Shown here in pieces: positions 8,568-16,452 of a DNA stretch of 64,000 nucleotides. This stretch comes from Candidatus Omnitrophota bacterium. Its GTDB lineage: Bacteria; Omnitrophota; Gorgyraeia; Duberdicusellales; 4484-171. Both the position numbers and the translations under genes were made by a program. The notes under the pieces are model-generated. The model was not told the DNA's origin, searched no databases, and saw only the letters and a list, made by a program, of their open reading frames with translations. The DNA lies in NCBI GenBank assembly GCA_043815185.1, contig JBDRJF010000005.1, positions 3,407 through 67,406 on the forward strand, in the 5' to 3' direction. Every line of letters begins with the position of its first letter. Within the stretch, counting starts at the first letter, position 1.

Positions 8568-9142
8568 TATTGACTGGTGTCCCACCCTCTTTGTTTACTG
8601 GTTATTCTGTTCTGGCTAATCGTCTTTATCGGCTTCTCATCGGGATCCCTTAAGGTGTAAGTTAGATTTTCATCAATATCCACTTTATGAACAGAGCTAA
8701 TAAGACTAAGGGTTTCTGTCCGATTAAAACTTTTATCCAGCTTGGTACCGTATTCAAAAACAATATCACCGATCTGGTCATCCTCACTTAAGCTTATCTC
8801 TTCGTCATTAATGTTATAATAAAAGCTTCGGATCTGCTGATCCCCAACATAAGGAACTGACCAGTGAACATAATTTGAAGCACTGAGGTTGGTTCTTTGT
8901 CCGGCTAAAGGAGTATTGATGTCGATATGCCTGCGGTCTTCCAGGGTAGTATAATTAACTATAGCATTCTCATCATGGGCTTTCTTCAAAGCCTGGCGAA
9001 AATTACCCATTAAGGTATATTGCTCATCATTTAAACGCTGGATATAGCTGATCAGTAATGAAAATGCTATTAAAATCAGGGAACCTAAGATTCCTATCTC
9101 TAATACTGCTTGAGCTTTTCGAAAATAGATCGTCTCGGTCAT
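8567..9142 (-). CDS. tadE: TadE-like pseudopilin
   Basis: 191 aa. N-terminus MTETIYFRKAQAVLEIGILGSLILIAFSLLISY (basic leader, AQxxxE, hydrophobic helix). ATGA overlap with the upstream gene. Confidence 0.55.
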   Translation of the reverse strand: MTETIYFRKAQAVLEIGILGSLILIAFSLLISYIQRLNDEQYTLMGNFRQALKKAHDENAIVNYTTLEDRRHIDINTPLAGQRTNLSASNYVHWSVPYVGDQQIRSFYYNINDEEISLSEDDQIGDIVFEYGTKLDKSFNRTETLSLISSVHKVDIDENLTYTLRDPDEKPIKTISQNRITSKQRGWDTSQ

Positions 9143-9528
9143 TCCTGGCTTTCCTCATGGCTTATCAGGGTATCCGGCGGTTGGCTTGTGCCCGGCACAC
9201 CCTGTCCGTAATCTATCTGATCTAAACTCTCTACCTCATGGGTTGAATCCACGGTGTAGGAACTTGAGATACTAAGGCCGCTGCTTCCTCCTCGGCCTTC
9301 ACTTTTCTGGATATTACTGTTAGAAGTGATATTTTTGACAGACTTCTCAGTTACCGGATCATTTAAAGAAGCTAATTGTTTATCACTGATAACAGCATCG
9401 GTTAAGTCTTTTACCCGGGCCTGGATAGCTCTGCGCAAATAAGTATTCATTGTGGCTAAAGCTAAAACCACAAGAATAATCAAAATTACATATTCTGGTA
9501 AAGCCATTGCCCTTTTAAGCCTTGGCAT
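9139..9528 (-). CDS. Flp/TadE-like pilin with a Ser/Thr-rich tail
   Basis: Probable start is ATG 9528 preceded by GGGAGG (track start 9540 is GTG). MPRLKRAMALPEYVILIILVVLALATMNTYLRRAIQARV..., 129 aa. Confidence 0.55.
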   Translation of the reverse strand: MPRLKRAMALPEYVILIILVVLALATMNTYLRRAIQARVKDLTDAVISDKQLASLNDPVTEKSVKNITSNSNIQKSEGRGGSSGLSISSSYTVDSTHEVESLDQIDYGQGVPGTSQPPDTLISHEESQE

Positions 9529-9583
9529 AACGCCTCCCACTTTTACCTTTATCCTGCCGCTTTGCAGATTTTATGCTGGTTGC

Positions 9584-9892
9584 TTATTGGCCCCAGTATT
9601 CATTAGCCAGGACATCTACATCTTCACTAGTTTGCCTATTCTGAGTGGTGTTACTGCCAGAAGTGGTGACTCCGCCTGATAAATTCTCATTACTGGTAGT
9701 AGTACTAGTAACATTGGTTTGGCCTGTAGTGTATCCCGGTGAATATTGCTCTCCCAGTTCGTCAGACGCGGATTTAAGTTTTCCCTGTAAGCCCCTCTTC
9801 AAATAAACCTGCATGGCAATTAAGCCGCCGGCAACTACCGCGGCGATCAGAGCATACTCTAAGGTACTCTGTGCTCTCCTCTTAATCAACAT
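9584..9892 (-). CDS. flp: Flp-like pilin, extended form (102 aa)
   Basis: MLIKRRAQSTLEYALIAAVVAGGLIAMQVYLKRGLQG followed by a Thr/Ser/Gly/Asn-rich tail. GAGGAGG Shine-Dalgarno upstream of the ATG. Confidence 0.65.
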   Translation of the reverse strand: MLIKRRAQSTLEYALIAAVVAGGLIAMQVYLKRGLQGKLKSASDELGEQYSPGYTTGQTNVTSTTTSNENLSGGVTTSGSNTTQNRQTSEDVDVLANEYWGQ

Positions 9893-9926
9893 CTTTATAC
9901 CTCCTCTAACTTCAACTCTCTCCTTA

Positions 9927-10295
9927 TTATTCCTCTATAGTTGAAACATGAGTCTGTTCGGTTGCAGTTGATGTCACTGCAACATCTTGAACGCTATCTC
10001 TAGCCACTGCTCCGCCATCTAAAGTATCGCTGCCGCTGGTGCTGGTAGTGGCACGATTGATACCTGAGGTCCTCTGTTCACTATAATAAGGTTCATATTG
10101 CTTGCTTGTACCCAAAACCGCACCGCTACCGGTAATATCGCCGCTGACACTACTTAAAGCAACTCCGGCATCATGCATCTTAGCCTGTAGAGATCTTTTG
10201 ATATAAACCTGCATGGCTAAGGCTGCTCCCACAATTACCGATATCAATATGGCATATTCTGCGGTAGACTGCGCCTTTCTTAAATTAACCAACAT
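9927..10295 (-). CDS. flp: Flp-like pilin, extended form (122 aa)
   Basis: MLVNLRKAQSTAEYAILISVIVGAALAMQVYIKRSLQAKM followed by a Ser/Thr/Gly-rich tail. AGGAGGTG Shine-Dalgarno. Confidence 0.65.
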   Translation of the reverse strand: MLVNLRKAQSTAEYAILISVIVGAALAMQVYIKRSLQAKMHDAGVALSSVSGDITGSGAVLGTSKQYEPYYSEQRTSGINRATTSTSGSDTLDGGAVARDSVQDVAVTSTATEQTHVSTIEE

Positions 10296-10343
10296 CGCTT
10301 CACCTCCTGATTTTTCGCCTCTGTTTTACCGGTTACTTCCTCT

Positions 10344-10523
10344 TCACTGACCCAGATTAGAATCCATCTTTGAGGTCATTCTCGTCATGGTGTTAGTGGC
10401 ATCAGTAAAGCTCTGTTCTACTGCCGGCCTAACAAGAGTTCTGGCAGCAAATATTATCCCAGCAACGATCGCTGCTAAAATAAGGGTATACTCCAAAATA
10501 CTCTGCGCCTTTGTTAGTCTCAT
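10344..10523 (-). CDS. flp: Flp-type mini-pilin (59 aa), not in ORF track
   Basis: Manual translation: MRLTKAQSILEYTLILAAIVAGIIFAARTLVRPAVEQSFTDATNTMTRMTSKMDSNLGQ*. ATG at 10523 preceded by AGGAGGTGG; TGA at 10344-10346. Confidence 0.7.
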   Translation of the reverse strand: MRLTKAQSILEYTLILAAIVAGIIFAARTLVRPAVEQSFTDATNTMTRMTSKMDSNLGQ

Positions 10524-10542
10524 TCTACTCCACCTCCTAAAA

Positions 10543-10698
10543 TTACCTGATGCTCTCGTTTAACTCTGCCCGCACCTGGGCCAGACGAGCATTCATGGCT
10601 CTTTGAATATATATTTGCATGGCCATTAAGGCCCCGGAAATTATTGCGATTAATGCTGCGTACTCAAGGAAACTCTGGGCTTTAGTTTTTTTGAACAT
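10543..10698 (-). CDS. flp: Flp-type mini-pilin (51 aa), not in ORF track
   Basis: Manual translation: MFKKTKAQSFLEYAALIAIISGALMAMQIYIQRAMNARLAQVRAELNESIR*. ATG at 10698 preceded by GAGGA; TAA at 10543-10545. Confidence 0.7.
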   Translation of the reverse strand: MFKKTKAQSFLEYAALIAIISGALMAMQIYIQRAMNARLAQVRAELNESIR

Positions 10699-10705
10699 CT
10701 TATCC

Positions 10706-10870
10706 TCACTGTAATATTACCTTTACACAACTGTTATAGTGACTAGAAAAACTTTGCTTTAGTTTAGAAAGAAATCCGGTACTAATAATAGCGGCAATCA
10801 CTATAGCAAATATAACTACATATTCAAAAACTATCTGAGCCTGTTTAAATTGTTTATCTTGGGTTCGCAT
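10706..10870 (-). CDS. flp: Flp-type mini-pilin (54 aa), not in ORF track
   Basis: Manual translation: MRTQDKQFKQAQIVFEYVVIFAIVIAAIISTGFLSKLKQSFSSHYNSCVKVILQ*. ATG at 10870 preceded by AGGAG; TGA at 10706-10708. First gene of the pilin array. Confidence 0.65.
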   Translation of the reverse strand: MRTQDKQFKQAQIVFEYVVIFAIVIAAIISTGFLSKLKQSFSSHYNSCVKVILQ

Positions 10871-10982
10871 TCTCTACTCCTAAATAAGAAAACCCACCAT
10901 AGTTCCAATCTTTGCCAAACTTTCGGCAACCCGGCTACTACTCCTTGAAAAAATTGTCTTTATGAATTCCCGGCTTTGCGCT

Positions 10983-10995
10983 CCGCCTTAGGCGG
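10983..10995. repeat. Short hairpin motif CCGCCTTAGGCGG (copy 1 of 2)
   Basis: The 13-nt string is identical to 30173-30185. 5-bp GC stem with a TTA loop. Lies in the leader region upstream of the pilin array. Confidence 0.5.
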
Positions 10996-11106
10996 ATTGC
11001 CTTTTTTGTTGCCTCCCCTAATTACCATATAACTATAACATAAATACCCGAAATATTGCAAGAAAAGAATCGGAAAACTCTGTCCTTTTTGAAAGCGCTT
11101 TAAATT

Positions 11107-12549
11107 TCAAAAAAGAAAAACCCGGCGCTGGTCCAGGTAAAAACACCCTTTATTAAAGGCTTCTTTAGCCTGTTTGGGCATTTTGCTCAGGCTAACCCCA
11201 AGATAATCCTGGCCCCAGACTAAACTTCCGGCTTTATTTTTAGGCTCCCAGCCCCAGATTATCTCTTTAAAAACAGCCGATAAAATTTGGCCCACTCTCG
11301 AGAAATCAAGCATTTCCTTAAAATTTAGCTTCTGAGGCAGCATCTTAGTCAAATAACCCTTATTTTTAGAGGTAGTAACCAGGAATTCCTCAATAGCCCT
11401 CATATCCTCAATAAACCGCTTTTGGGCCTGGGGCCATAAATATAGGTACTTTTTTAAAAAAGAAGCTACTCTTAACTTGTTACGGCTGATGTTGCCGGTA
11501 AGCAGGCCCCAGGTAGGTAGCGAAGCTGCAGCTGGCTTTATGAGGACATTATTTATCATAAGTTGTTGCTTTCCTTCATGTTGCGCAACCTTTGTTAGAA
11601 CTGAAGCACATAAAAGTTCACCGACGCCACCCCAAAAAAAGCTTTTAAAATTTGAGGGTCTAGCTACAAAGCTTATACCCTTAGAAATAGCTTCCGGATA
11701 GTAACCAATAAAAAAGGAGACCTTAGATAAATTTATTCTCTTTTGCTCTATGACTCTGCCCCGAGGATCTAAAAATTCAATCTTTTCTATTCCTTTATCT
11801 ATAGCCTGGAGAAAATCAAAGGTCAAGGGTGAAAGGTAGCCAAAACTCTTAGTATAGCCGATAATAATGGTCTTACTCTCAATCATGCCTTGAATAAGTT
11901 TAGTGGCTGATCTTAAAGGAAGGAAGAATTCTGCTATCCGGCAAGGCCCATTCCAGAAAGTAGACATCTTAGCATCAAAGTAACTGCAATAGCCATTATT
12001 AAAGTAAAATTTTAGGCTTGAAACCAGGATTAAACTGTCTCTTAGAGGGCCCAGGTCTATCTGGGGTTTATGTTGGGAAAGCTGGTGCTGAAAGTAACTC
12101 AGTTTACTGGCCGGCAGGGTCCTTAGCCCGGCTAATCTCAAAAAACCTTCTCTTTGGGCGCTTTTTTGCGGTTGCTCATTAATCAAGGCTGAAAAACTGG
12201 TTAAAATAATTAATTGCTTTAATAAATCCTTGGTTAATTTAGGGAAATAATTTTTAAGCTCCTGGCTTAAATAATCGAATATACCGACTTGATAATCCAG
12301 GCAGCGAAGCAGGAATAATCCGCAATGCTCAAGAGTCCGGCCCTTATAAATAAGTAAGGATTTCTTACGGCCCCTTTTTTCTTTGAGGCCGGAGGAGGTA
12401 AGAATTTTATTAACTGCGCTTTTAGAGATAGTAATTTTATGTTTCTGCTGCAGCAGCCCAGATAAAAGCCTAACCCCCAGATGAGGAGCACGTCTTTTCT
12501 CTTGAAGCACTATTTTTCTTAGCGCAGGAGTTACTATTCTTTTTGGCAT
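11107..12549 (-). CDS. Hypothetical 480-aa protein with an N-terminal transposase-type helix-turn-helix
   Basis: N-terminus LRKIVLQEKRRAPHLGVRLLSGLLQQKHKITISKSAVNKILTSSGLKEKRGRKK resembles the HTH seen at the start of IS481/IS3-type transposases. I cannot recognise a DDE/rve core in the remaining ~400 aa, and no terminal inverted repeats are seen. Confidence 0.4.
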   Translation of the reverse strand: MPKRIVTPALRKIVLQEKRRAPHLGVRLLSGLLQQKHKITISKSAVNKILTSSGLKEKRGRKKSLLIYKGRTLEHCGLFLLRCLDYQVGIFDYLSQELKNYFPKLTKDLLKQLIILTSFSALINEQPQKSAQREGFLRLAGLRTLPASKLSYFQHQLSQHKPQIDLGPLRDSLILVSSLKFYFNNGYCSYFDAKMSTFWNGPCRIAEFFLPLRSATKLIQGMIESKTIIIGYTKSFGYLSPLTFDFLQAIDKGIEKIEFLDPRGRVIEQKRINLSKVSFFIGYYPEAISKGISFVARPSNFKSFFWGGVGELLCASVLTKVAQHEGKQQLMINNVLIKPAAASLPTWGLLTGNISRNKLRVASFLKKYLYLWPQAQKRFIEDMRAIEEFLVTTSKNKGYLTKMLPQKLNFKEMLDFSRVGQILSAVFKEIIWGWEPKNKAGSLVWGQDYLGVSLSKMPKQAKEAFNKGCFYLDQRRVFLF

Positions 12550-12606
12550 ATATTTTATTATATCAGAATCTCACAGGCTAAGAAAGCTCCAGTTTAATCT
12601 GTAACA

Positions 12607-12631
12607 CCGGTTGAGGCTAAGCCTCAACCGG
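12607..12631. repeat. REP palindrome copy 1 (CCGGTTGAGGCTAAGCCTCAACCGG)
   Basis: Perfect 25-nt palindrome in the yraN / 480-aa gene spacer. Confidence 0.9.
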
Positions 12632-12755
12632 CCTCTTTTAAAACCCTGTCCGTTATCTCCGTTTGAAGTCGCAAATTGTGACTTCAAGTTCCTAAATCCA
12701 CACTCATTGATGCGTAACCTGTTTAGGATTCGCCTAAACCGGCCACAAACTGCTA

Positions 12756-12780
12756 CTGGTTGAGATCAGATCTTAACCGG
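12756..12780. repeat. REP variant (CTGGTTGAGATCAGATCTTAACCGG)
   Basis: Same outer arms GGTTGAG...CT(C/T)AACC but a different centre. Overlaps the yraN stop codon (12773-12775). Two other hairpins lie between it and REP copy 1: 12663-12687 (ttgaagtc-N9-gacttcaa) and 12718-12742. Confidence 0.6.
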
Positions 12781-13195
12781 GTAGAAAGTTGATATTTTTG
12801 TAATGGTTAATGCGGCTAACTCGATAGTTATTATCTAAGACAATACAAATTGCATCTATTCTATACTCTTTCTTCCATCTTTTCTTAGCTACGTAAGCTT
12901 TGGCATTATTGATAAGCTTAATTTTTTTGTTTCGGTTGAGCGACTCTTCAGGTATGCCAAACCTCTCACCCTTCCTTGTCCTCACCTCAATAAATACTAA
13001 TATACCTTTGCATAAGGCAATTAAATCAATTTCAGCCCACCTTGTCCGGTAATTTTGTTCAATTATAACGTACCTGTTAGACTGTAAGTATTTCTTGGCT
13101 ATTTCTTCTCCTAACCGGCCGGTTTTAAGATTCTTTGCCTTAATCGAAAGGCTTTTCTGAATGATTTCTGGATTGTCTTCTTTAAAAATACTCAT
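12773..13195 (-). CDS. yraN: YraN-family (UPF0102) endonuclease-like protein
   Basis: 140 aa; GRLGEEIAKKYLQSNRYVIIEQNYRTRWAEIDLIA...ILVFIEVRTR matches the YraN pattern. ATGA overlap with comM. Confidence 0.8.
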   Translation of the reverse strand: MSIFKEDNPEIIQKSLSIKAKNLKTGRLGEEIAKKYLQSNRYVIIEQNYRTRWAEIDLIALCKGILVFIEVRTRKGERFGIPEESLNRNKKIKLINNAKAYVAKKRWKKEYRIDAICIVLDNNYRVSRINHYKNINFLPG

Positions 13196-14733
13196 AAACT
13201 TTCTGCCTGAATTTTTGGCCTGTATTGTAAAGCTTCTGCCATATGGACTACATTTATTTCTGGTAAACTCTCTAAATCGGCTATAGTCCTTGCCACTTTT
13301 ATCATTTTAAAATAAGAGCGCGCGGAAAGCCCAAAAGCAATACCAGCCCGGCGCAGTAATTGTTTTATCTCTTTTGAAAGCTTACAATGTTTTTTTATCT
13401 GTGCGTTTTTCATCTCTGCATTAGTATAAATATCCTCTTCTTGGAAACGAGCCCGTTGAATTTTTCTGGCTGAAACCACACGTTTTTGTATTTGTTCGGA
13501 GGTTTCTAAACCGGTCTTTATTTGCTGATCATCGGAAAGCTCTTTAACGTTAACTGCCGGAACATTAACATGAAGGTCAATACGGTCTATCATCGGACCG
13601 GAAACCCGTTTCCTGTATTTTTCTATTTCCCTTTGCGTGCATGCGCAAGGCTTTTTAGGATGATACAAGTAACCACAGGGGCAAGGATTAGCTGAAGCTA
13701 TCAGCATAAATTTACAAGGATACCTTACTCTTTCTCTGCTGCGGGAAATGGAAACCTGGCCATCTTCTATAGGTTGTCTTAACGCTTCTAAAACACTACG
13801 GGGAAATTCATTGAACTCATCCAAAAATAATGTTCCACGATGGGCCAAACTTATTTCTCCAGGCTGAGGCCTTGTGCCTCCGCCAATAAGGCCAACCTGG
13901 GAAATAGTATGGTGAGGTGACCTGAAAGGGCGTGTTTTAATAATTGAACCTTGTGGCGGAATACGGCCGGCAGCCGAATATATTTTTGTAACCTCCAACT
14001 GCTCTCCACCCATTAACGCCGGTAAAATGCCTTGAACTGCCCGTGCCAACATGGTTTTACCTGAACCCGGGCTACCGGACATAAAAAGATTATGCCCTCC
14101 GGCAGCTGAAATCTCCATTGCCCTTTTAGCTTGCTCTTGGCCTAAAATCTCTACCATATCAAATTCAGCCCTAACAGCACCCTCTTCCTCATCCACATCC
14201 TTAAATTCAACCGGCTGGATTTCGATTTCATCTAATAAATAAGCTAATAAATGATTTAGGTTTTCAATAGGATAAACGTCTATTCCTTTGACAACAGCTG
14301 CTTCGTTTGCGCATGATTTTGGCACAAATATATTTTTAATTCCCTTTTCTTTAGCAAACAATGCTAATAGTAATGCCCCTTTGGTATGGCGTAATGTTCC
14401 GTCAAGAGAAAGCTCGCCAAAGAAAAGGCTACCTTTGGGAATTTTGAATTGAATGATTGATGCTAAAATGCCTACCGCTATAGGCAAATCATAGAAAGAA
14501 CCTTCCTTGGGGACATCGCCCGGTGCTAAATTAACCACAATTCTTCTTGAAGGAAATTCAATATTTGAATTTATAATTGCGGTTCTAACTCTCTCTTTGC
14601 TTTCATCCACTGCTTTACTAGGCAAGCCAACGATTTCAAAAGCCGGTAAACCTCTATTGGCAACATTTACCTCTACATCTATACCAATGGCCTCAAGCCC
14701 TGAATTTGACGCTGATAAAACCTTAACTAACAT
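13192..14733 (-). CDS. comM: YifB/ComM-family Mg-chelatase-like AAA+ ATPase
   Basis: 513 aa. Lon-like N-terminal domain (GLPAFEIVGLPSKAVDESKERVRTAI), Walker A GSPGSGKTM, Cys cluster ANPCPCGY...PCAC, C-terminal ChlI-like region. Confidence 0.85.
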   Translation of the reverse strand: MLVKVLSASNSGLEAIGIDVEVNVANRGLPAFEIVGLPSKAVDESKERVRTAIINSNIEFPSRRIVVNLAPGDVPKEGSFYDLPIAVGILASIIQFKIPKGSLFFGELSLDGTLRHTKGALLLALFAKEKGIKNIFVPKSCANEAAVVKGIDVYPIENLNHLLAYLLDEIEIQPVEFKDVDEEEGAVRAEFDMVEILGQEQAKRAMEISAAGGHNLFMSGSPGSGKTMLARAVQGILPALMGGEQLEVTKIYSAAGRIPPQGSIIKTRPFRSPHHTISQVGLIGGGTRPQPGEISLAHRGTLFLDEFNEFPRSVLEALRQPIEDGQVSISRSRERVRYPCKFMLIASANPCPCGYLYHPKKPCACTQREIEKYRKRVSGPMIDRIDLHVNVPAVNVKELSDDQQIKTGLETSEQIQKRVVSARKIQRARFQEEDIYTNAEMKNAQIKKHCKLSKEIKQLLRRAGIAFGLSARSYFKMIKVARTIADLESLPEINVVHMAEALQYRPKIQAESL

Positions 14734-14751
14734 ACCTCACCCCCCACCAAA

Positions 14752-14799
14752 CCGGTTGAGGCTAAGCCTCAACCGGTCTTTAAGCCTCAACCGGTCTTT
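14752..14799. repeat. REP palindrome copy 2 with a tandem half-site duplication
   Basis: CCGGTTGAGGCTAAGCCTCAACCGG at 14752-14776. The 18-nt unit aagcctcaaccggtcttt occurs twice in tandem (14764-14781 and 14782-14799). Abuts the dprA stop. Confidence 0.9.
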
Positions 14800-15676
14800 A
14801 ATCGCATTTCCCAGTATTTATATAATACTTTCCTCCCTCTTCCAATAATAAACCCCTTAGCTGCATAAGAGAAAGTATGGTACCTATCTCAGCAACTGAT
14901 TTTTTTATAAAACGAGATAGGTCATCTACTTTCATGGGCTCACGTTGTAATTCTTCTAATACGGCTTGCTCAAAACTATTTAAACTTGACAACCGTGATG
15001 AAACTTTTGGAGATCCGAATCGAATTGTATCATAGCTTGCCAATACATCTTCCGAGCTAGTTACAATATCAGCGCCTTCCTTAATAAGTTGTAAAATACC
15101 CTGTGAATTTAAGCTGGTAAGAGGGCCAGGGACAACAAAAAGTTTTCTTTTGTAACTCCTAGCAAGGCCCGCTGTAATCAAAGAGCCGCTTTTTTTACCA
15201 GCTTCAACGACCATAGTCACCTTGGATAAACCAGCGACAATTCTGTTTCGTTTAGGATAAGTCCATACAGCCGGCGAAAAACTCCCTTCAAACTCTGATA
15301 TGACTAACCCGTTATTTTCTAATATTTCATTATATAAACTCTCTTGATGTTGAGGATGAATCATGTCAATTCCGCATGGCATAACTGCGATGGTCTTTCC
15401 TCCAGCATCTACTGCTGCTTTATGCGCTGTTGCATCAATTCCGTACATGAATCCGGAAACAATTGTTACCCCGGCACTTGATATTTCTGATACTAATTTA
15501 GTGGTGATTTGCTTACCATAAGCTGTCATCCTCCTTGAACCCACAACTGCCAAGCAGTTTTCAAGAATAGAAGCATCCCAATTTCCCTTGTAATAAATTT
15601 TTTCCGGAGGAGAAGGAATCTCCTTAAGCAACTTAGGATACTTTGAATTTTCAATCGTAACCACACCACGCTTCAT
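14798..15676 (-). CDS. dprA: DNA processing protein DprA (Smf)
   Basis: Rossmann-like DprA core (LAVVGSRRMTAYGKQ...GIDATAHKAA...). Probable start is MKRGVV at 15676; the track start 15718 is a non-ATG codon inside REP copy 3. Confidence 0.85.
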   Translation of the reverse strand: MKRGVVTIENSKYPKLLKEIPSPPEKIYYKGNWDASILENCLAVVGSRRMTAYGKQITTKLVSEISSAGVTIVSGFMYGIDATAHKAAVDAGGKTIAVMPCGIDMIHPQHQESLYNEILENNGLVISEFEGSFSPAVWTYPKRNRIVAGLSKVTMVVEAGKKSGSLITAGLARSYKRKLFVVPGPLTSLNSQGILQLIKEGADIVTSSEDVLASYDTIRFGSPKVSSRLSSLNSFEQAVLEELQREPMKVDDLSRFIKKSVAEIGTILSLMQLRGLLLEEGGKYYINTGKCD

Positions 15677-15692
15677 TTTGCTAACTTTTGAT

Positions 15693-15715
15693 CGGTTGAG
15701 GCTAAGCCTCAACCG
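15693..15715. repeat. REP palindrome copy 3
   Basis: CGGTTGAGGCTAAGCCTCAACCG, 8 nt downstream of the RAYT stop codon. Confidence 0.9.
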
Positions 15716-15723
15716 CACTCTTA

Positions 15724-16434
15724 TTAATCAATGGTCAACATACCTAATTTTTCTCTCAGATTCATAGAAAATATACAGTCTTTTGCAAACTTTTTATATT
15801 TTTTGGAGCATGGAAACATTTCTCCTAATATATCTTTACCTATAATCGGTGAATTTCTTTCTCCGGCGTAATCCGCTAAACTGAAATAGGGATATTTAGC
15901 AGCCCATTGATAGGCATCATCAAAATTTTTTATAGCCGTTTCGAAGCCCTTAGGGTAAAGTTCAAAGGGATTCTTTACCTGAATATATACGCTCAGATAT
16001 CTTAAATATTCATCGTTGTTTACTACTCTTGCTTTATAAGGGCCTTGGAGAAACCTACCAGATTCTTGATATTTAGCGTTAAAATAGGTGGCCATACCAG
16101 TGCCAAACTTTTGCATAAACAACGCAAGACCACCTTCACTAATCGCCTTAAGAAGAAGATGAAAATGGTTTTCCATCAAAGAAAAAGCAATTATCTTTAC
16201 AAGTGGCCTTTGAGGAGGCCAATCTTTTAGCCAAATTAATTTTTTACCAAATGCCAGACCTATTTTCCTCCTTAGGCTTCTAAAAGGATTTGCAATCGGT
16301 ATTGAGGTATTAAAATAATATAACATCTGTAAAAAACGCCATCTATCACAAGCCTCACGAACTATTGCCTGTTTTCTGTTTCCTCTGTTATATACATGCA
16401 CATAACTGCCTATCGTAAAAACTTCTTTTCTCAT
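15724..16434 (-). CDS. REP-associated tyrosine transposase (RAYT), IS200/Y1 HUH family
   Basis: 236 aa. HUH motif HFH at residues 90-92 (ENHFHLLLKA). N-terminal YVHVYNRGNRKQAIV. Tyr/NP motif LSVYIQVKNPFEL. Size and motif order fit Y1 transposase-like RAYTs. Confidence 0.75.
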   Translation of the reverse strand: MRKEVFTIGSYVHVYNRGNRKQAIVREACDRWRFLQMLYYFNTSIPIANPFRSLRRKIGLAFGKKLIWLKDWPPQRPLVKIIAFSLMENHFHLLLKAISEGGLALFMQKFGTGMATYFNAKYQESGRFLQGPYKARVVNNDEYLRYLSVYIQVKNPFELYPKGFETAIKNFDDAYQWAAKYPYFSLADYAGERNSPIIGKDILGEMFPCSKKYKKFAKDCIFSMNLREKLGMLTID

Positions 16435-16452
16435 TTAAGTTAGTTTAATGTG

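Noticed and set aside
10902-10906. GGAAC upstream of the pilin array as a possible ECF -35 element
   Set aside because: No CGT-type -10 lies at 16-17 nt, so the match is a 5-mer only.
12663-12687. gtttgaagtcgcaaattgtgacttcaag resembles a CRISPR direct repeat (GTTT start, internal palindrome)
   Set aside because: There is only one copy, with no spacer-repeat periodicity and no cas genes in the window. It is not a CRISPR array.
14798-15718. N-terminal extensions of track ORFs that start at non-ATG codons: dprA 15718, spoVG 16837, cpaF paralogue 19429, amrS 29037, purH 34659, bioB 62410, pseudopilins 8585 and 9540
   Set aside because: The extensions run through REP palindromes or overlap upstream genes. 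Downstream ATGs with Shine-Dalgarno sites give N-termini that match the protein families, so shorter coordinates were used.
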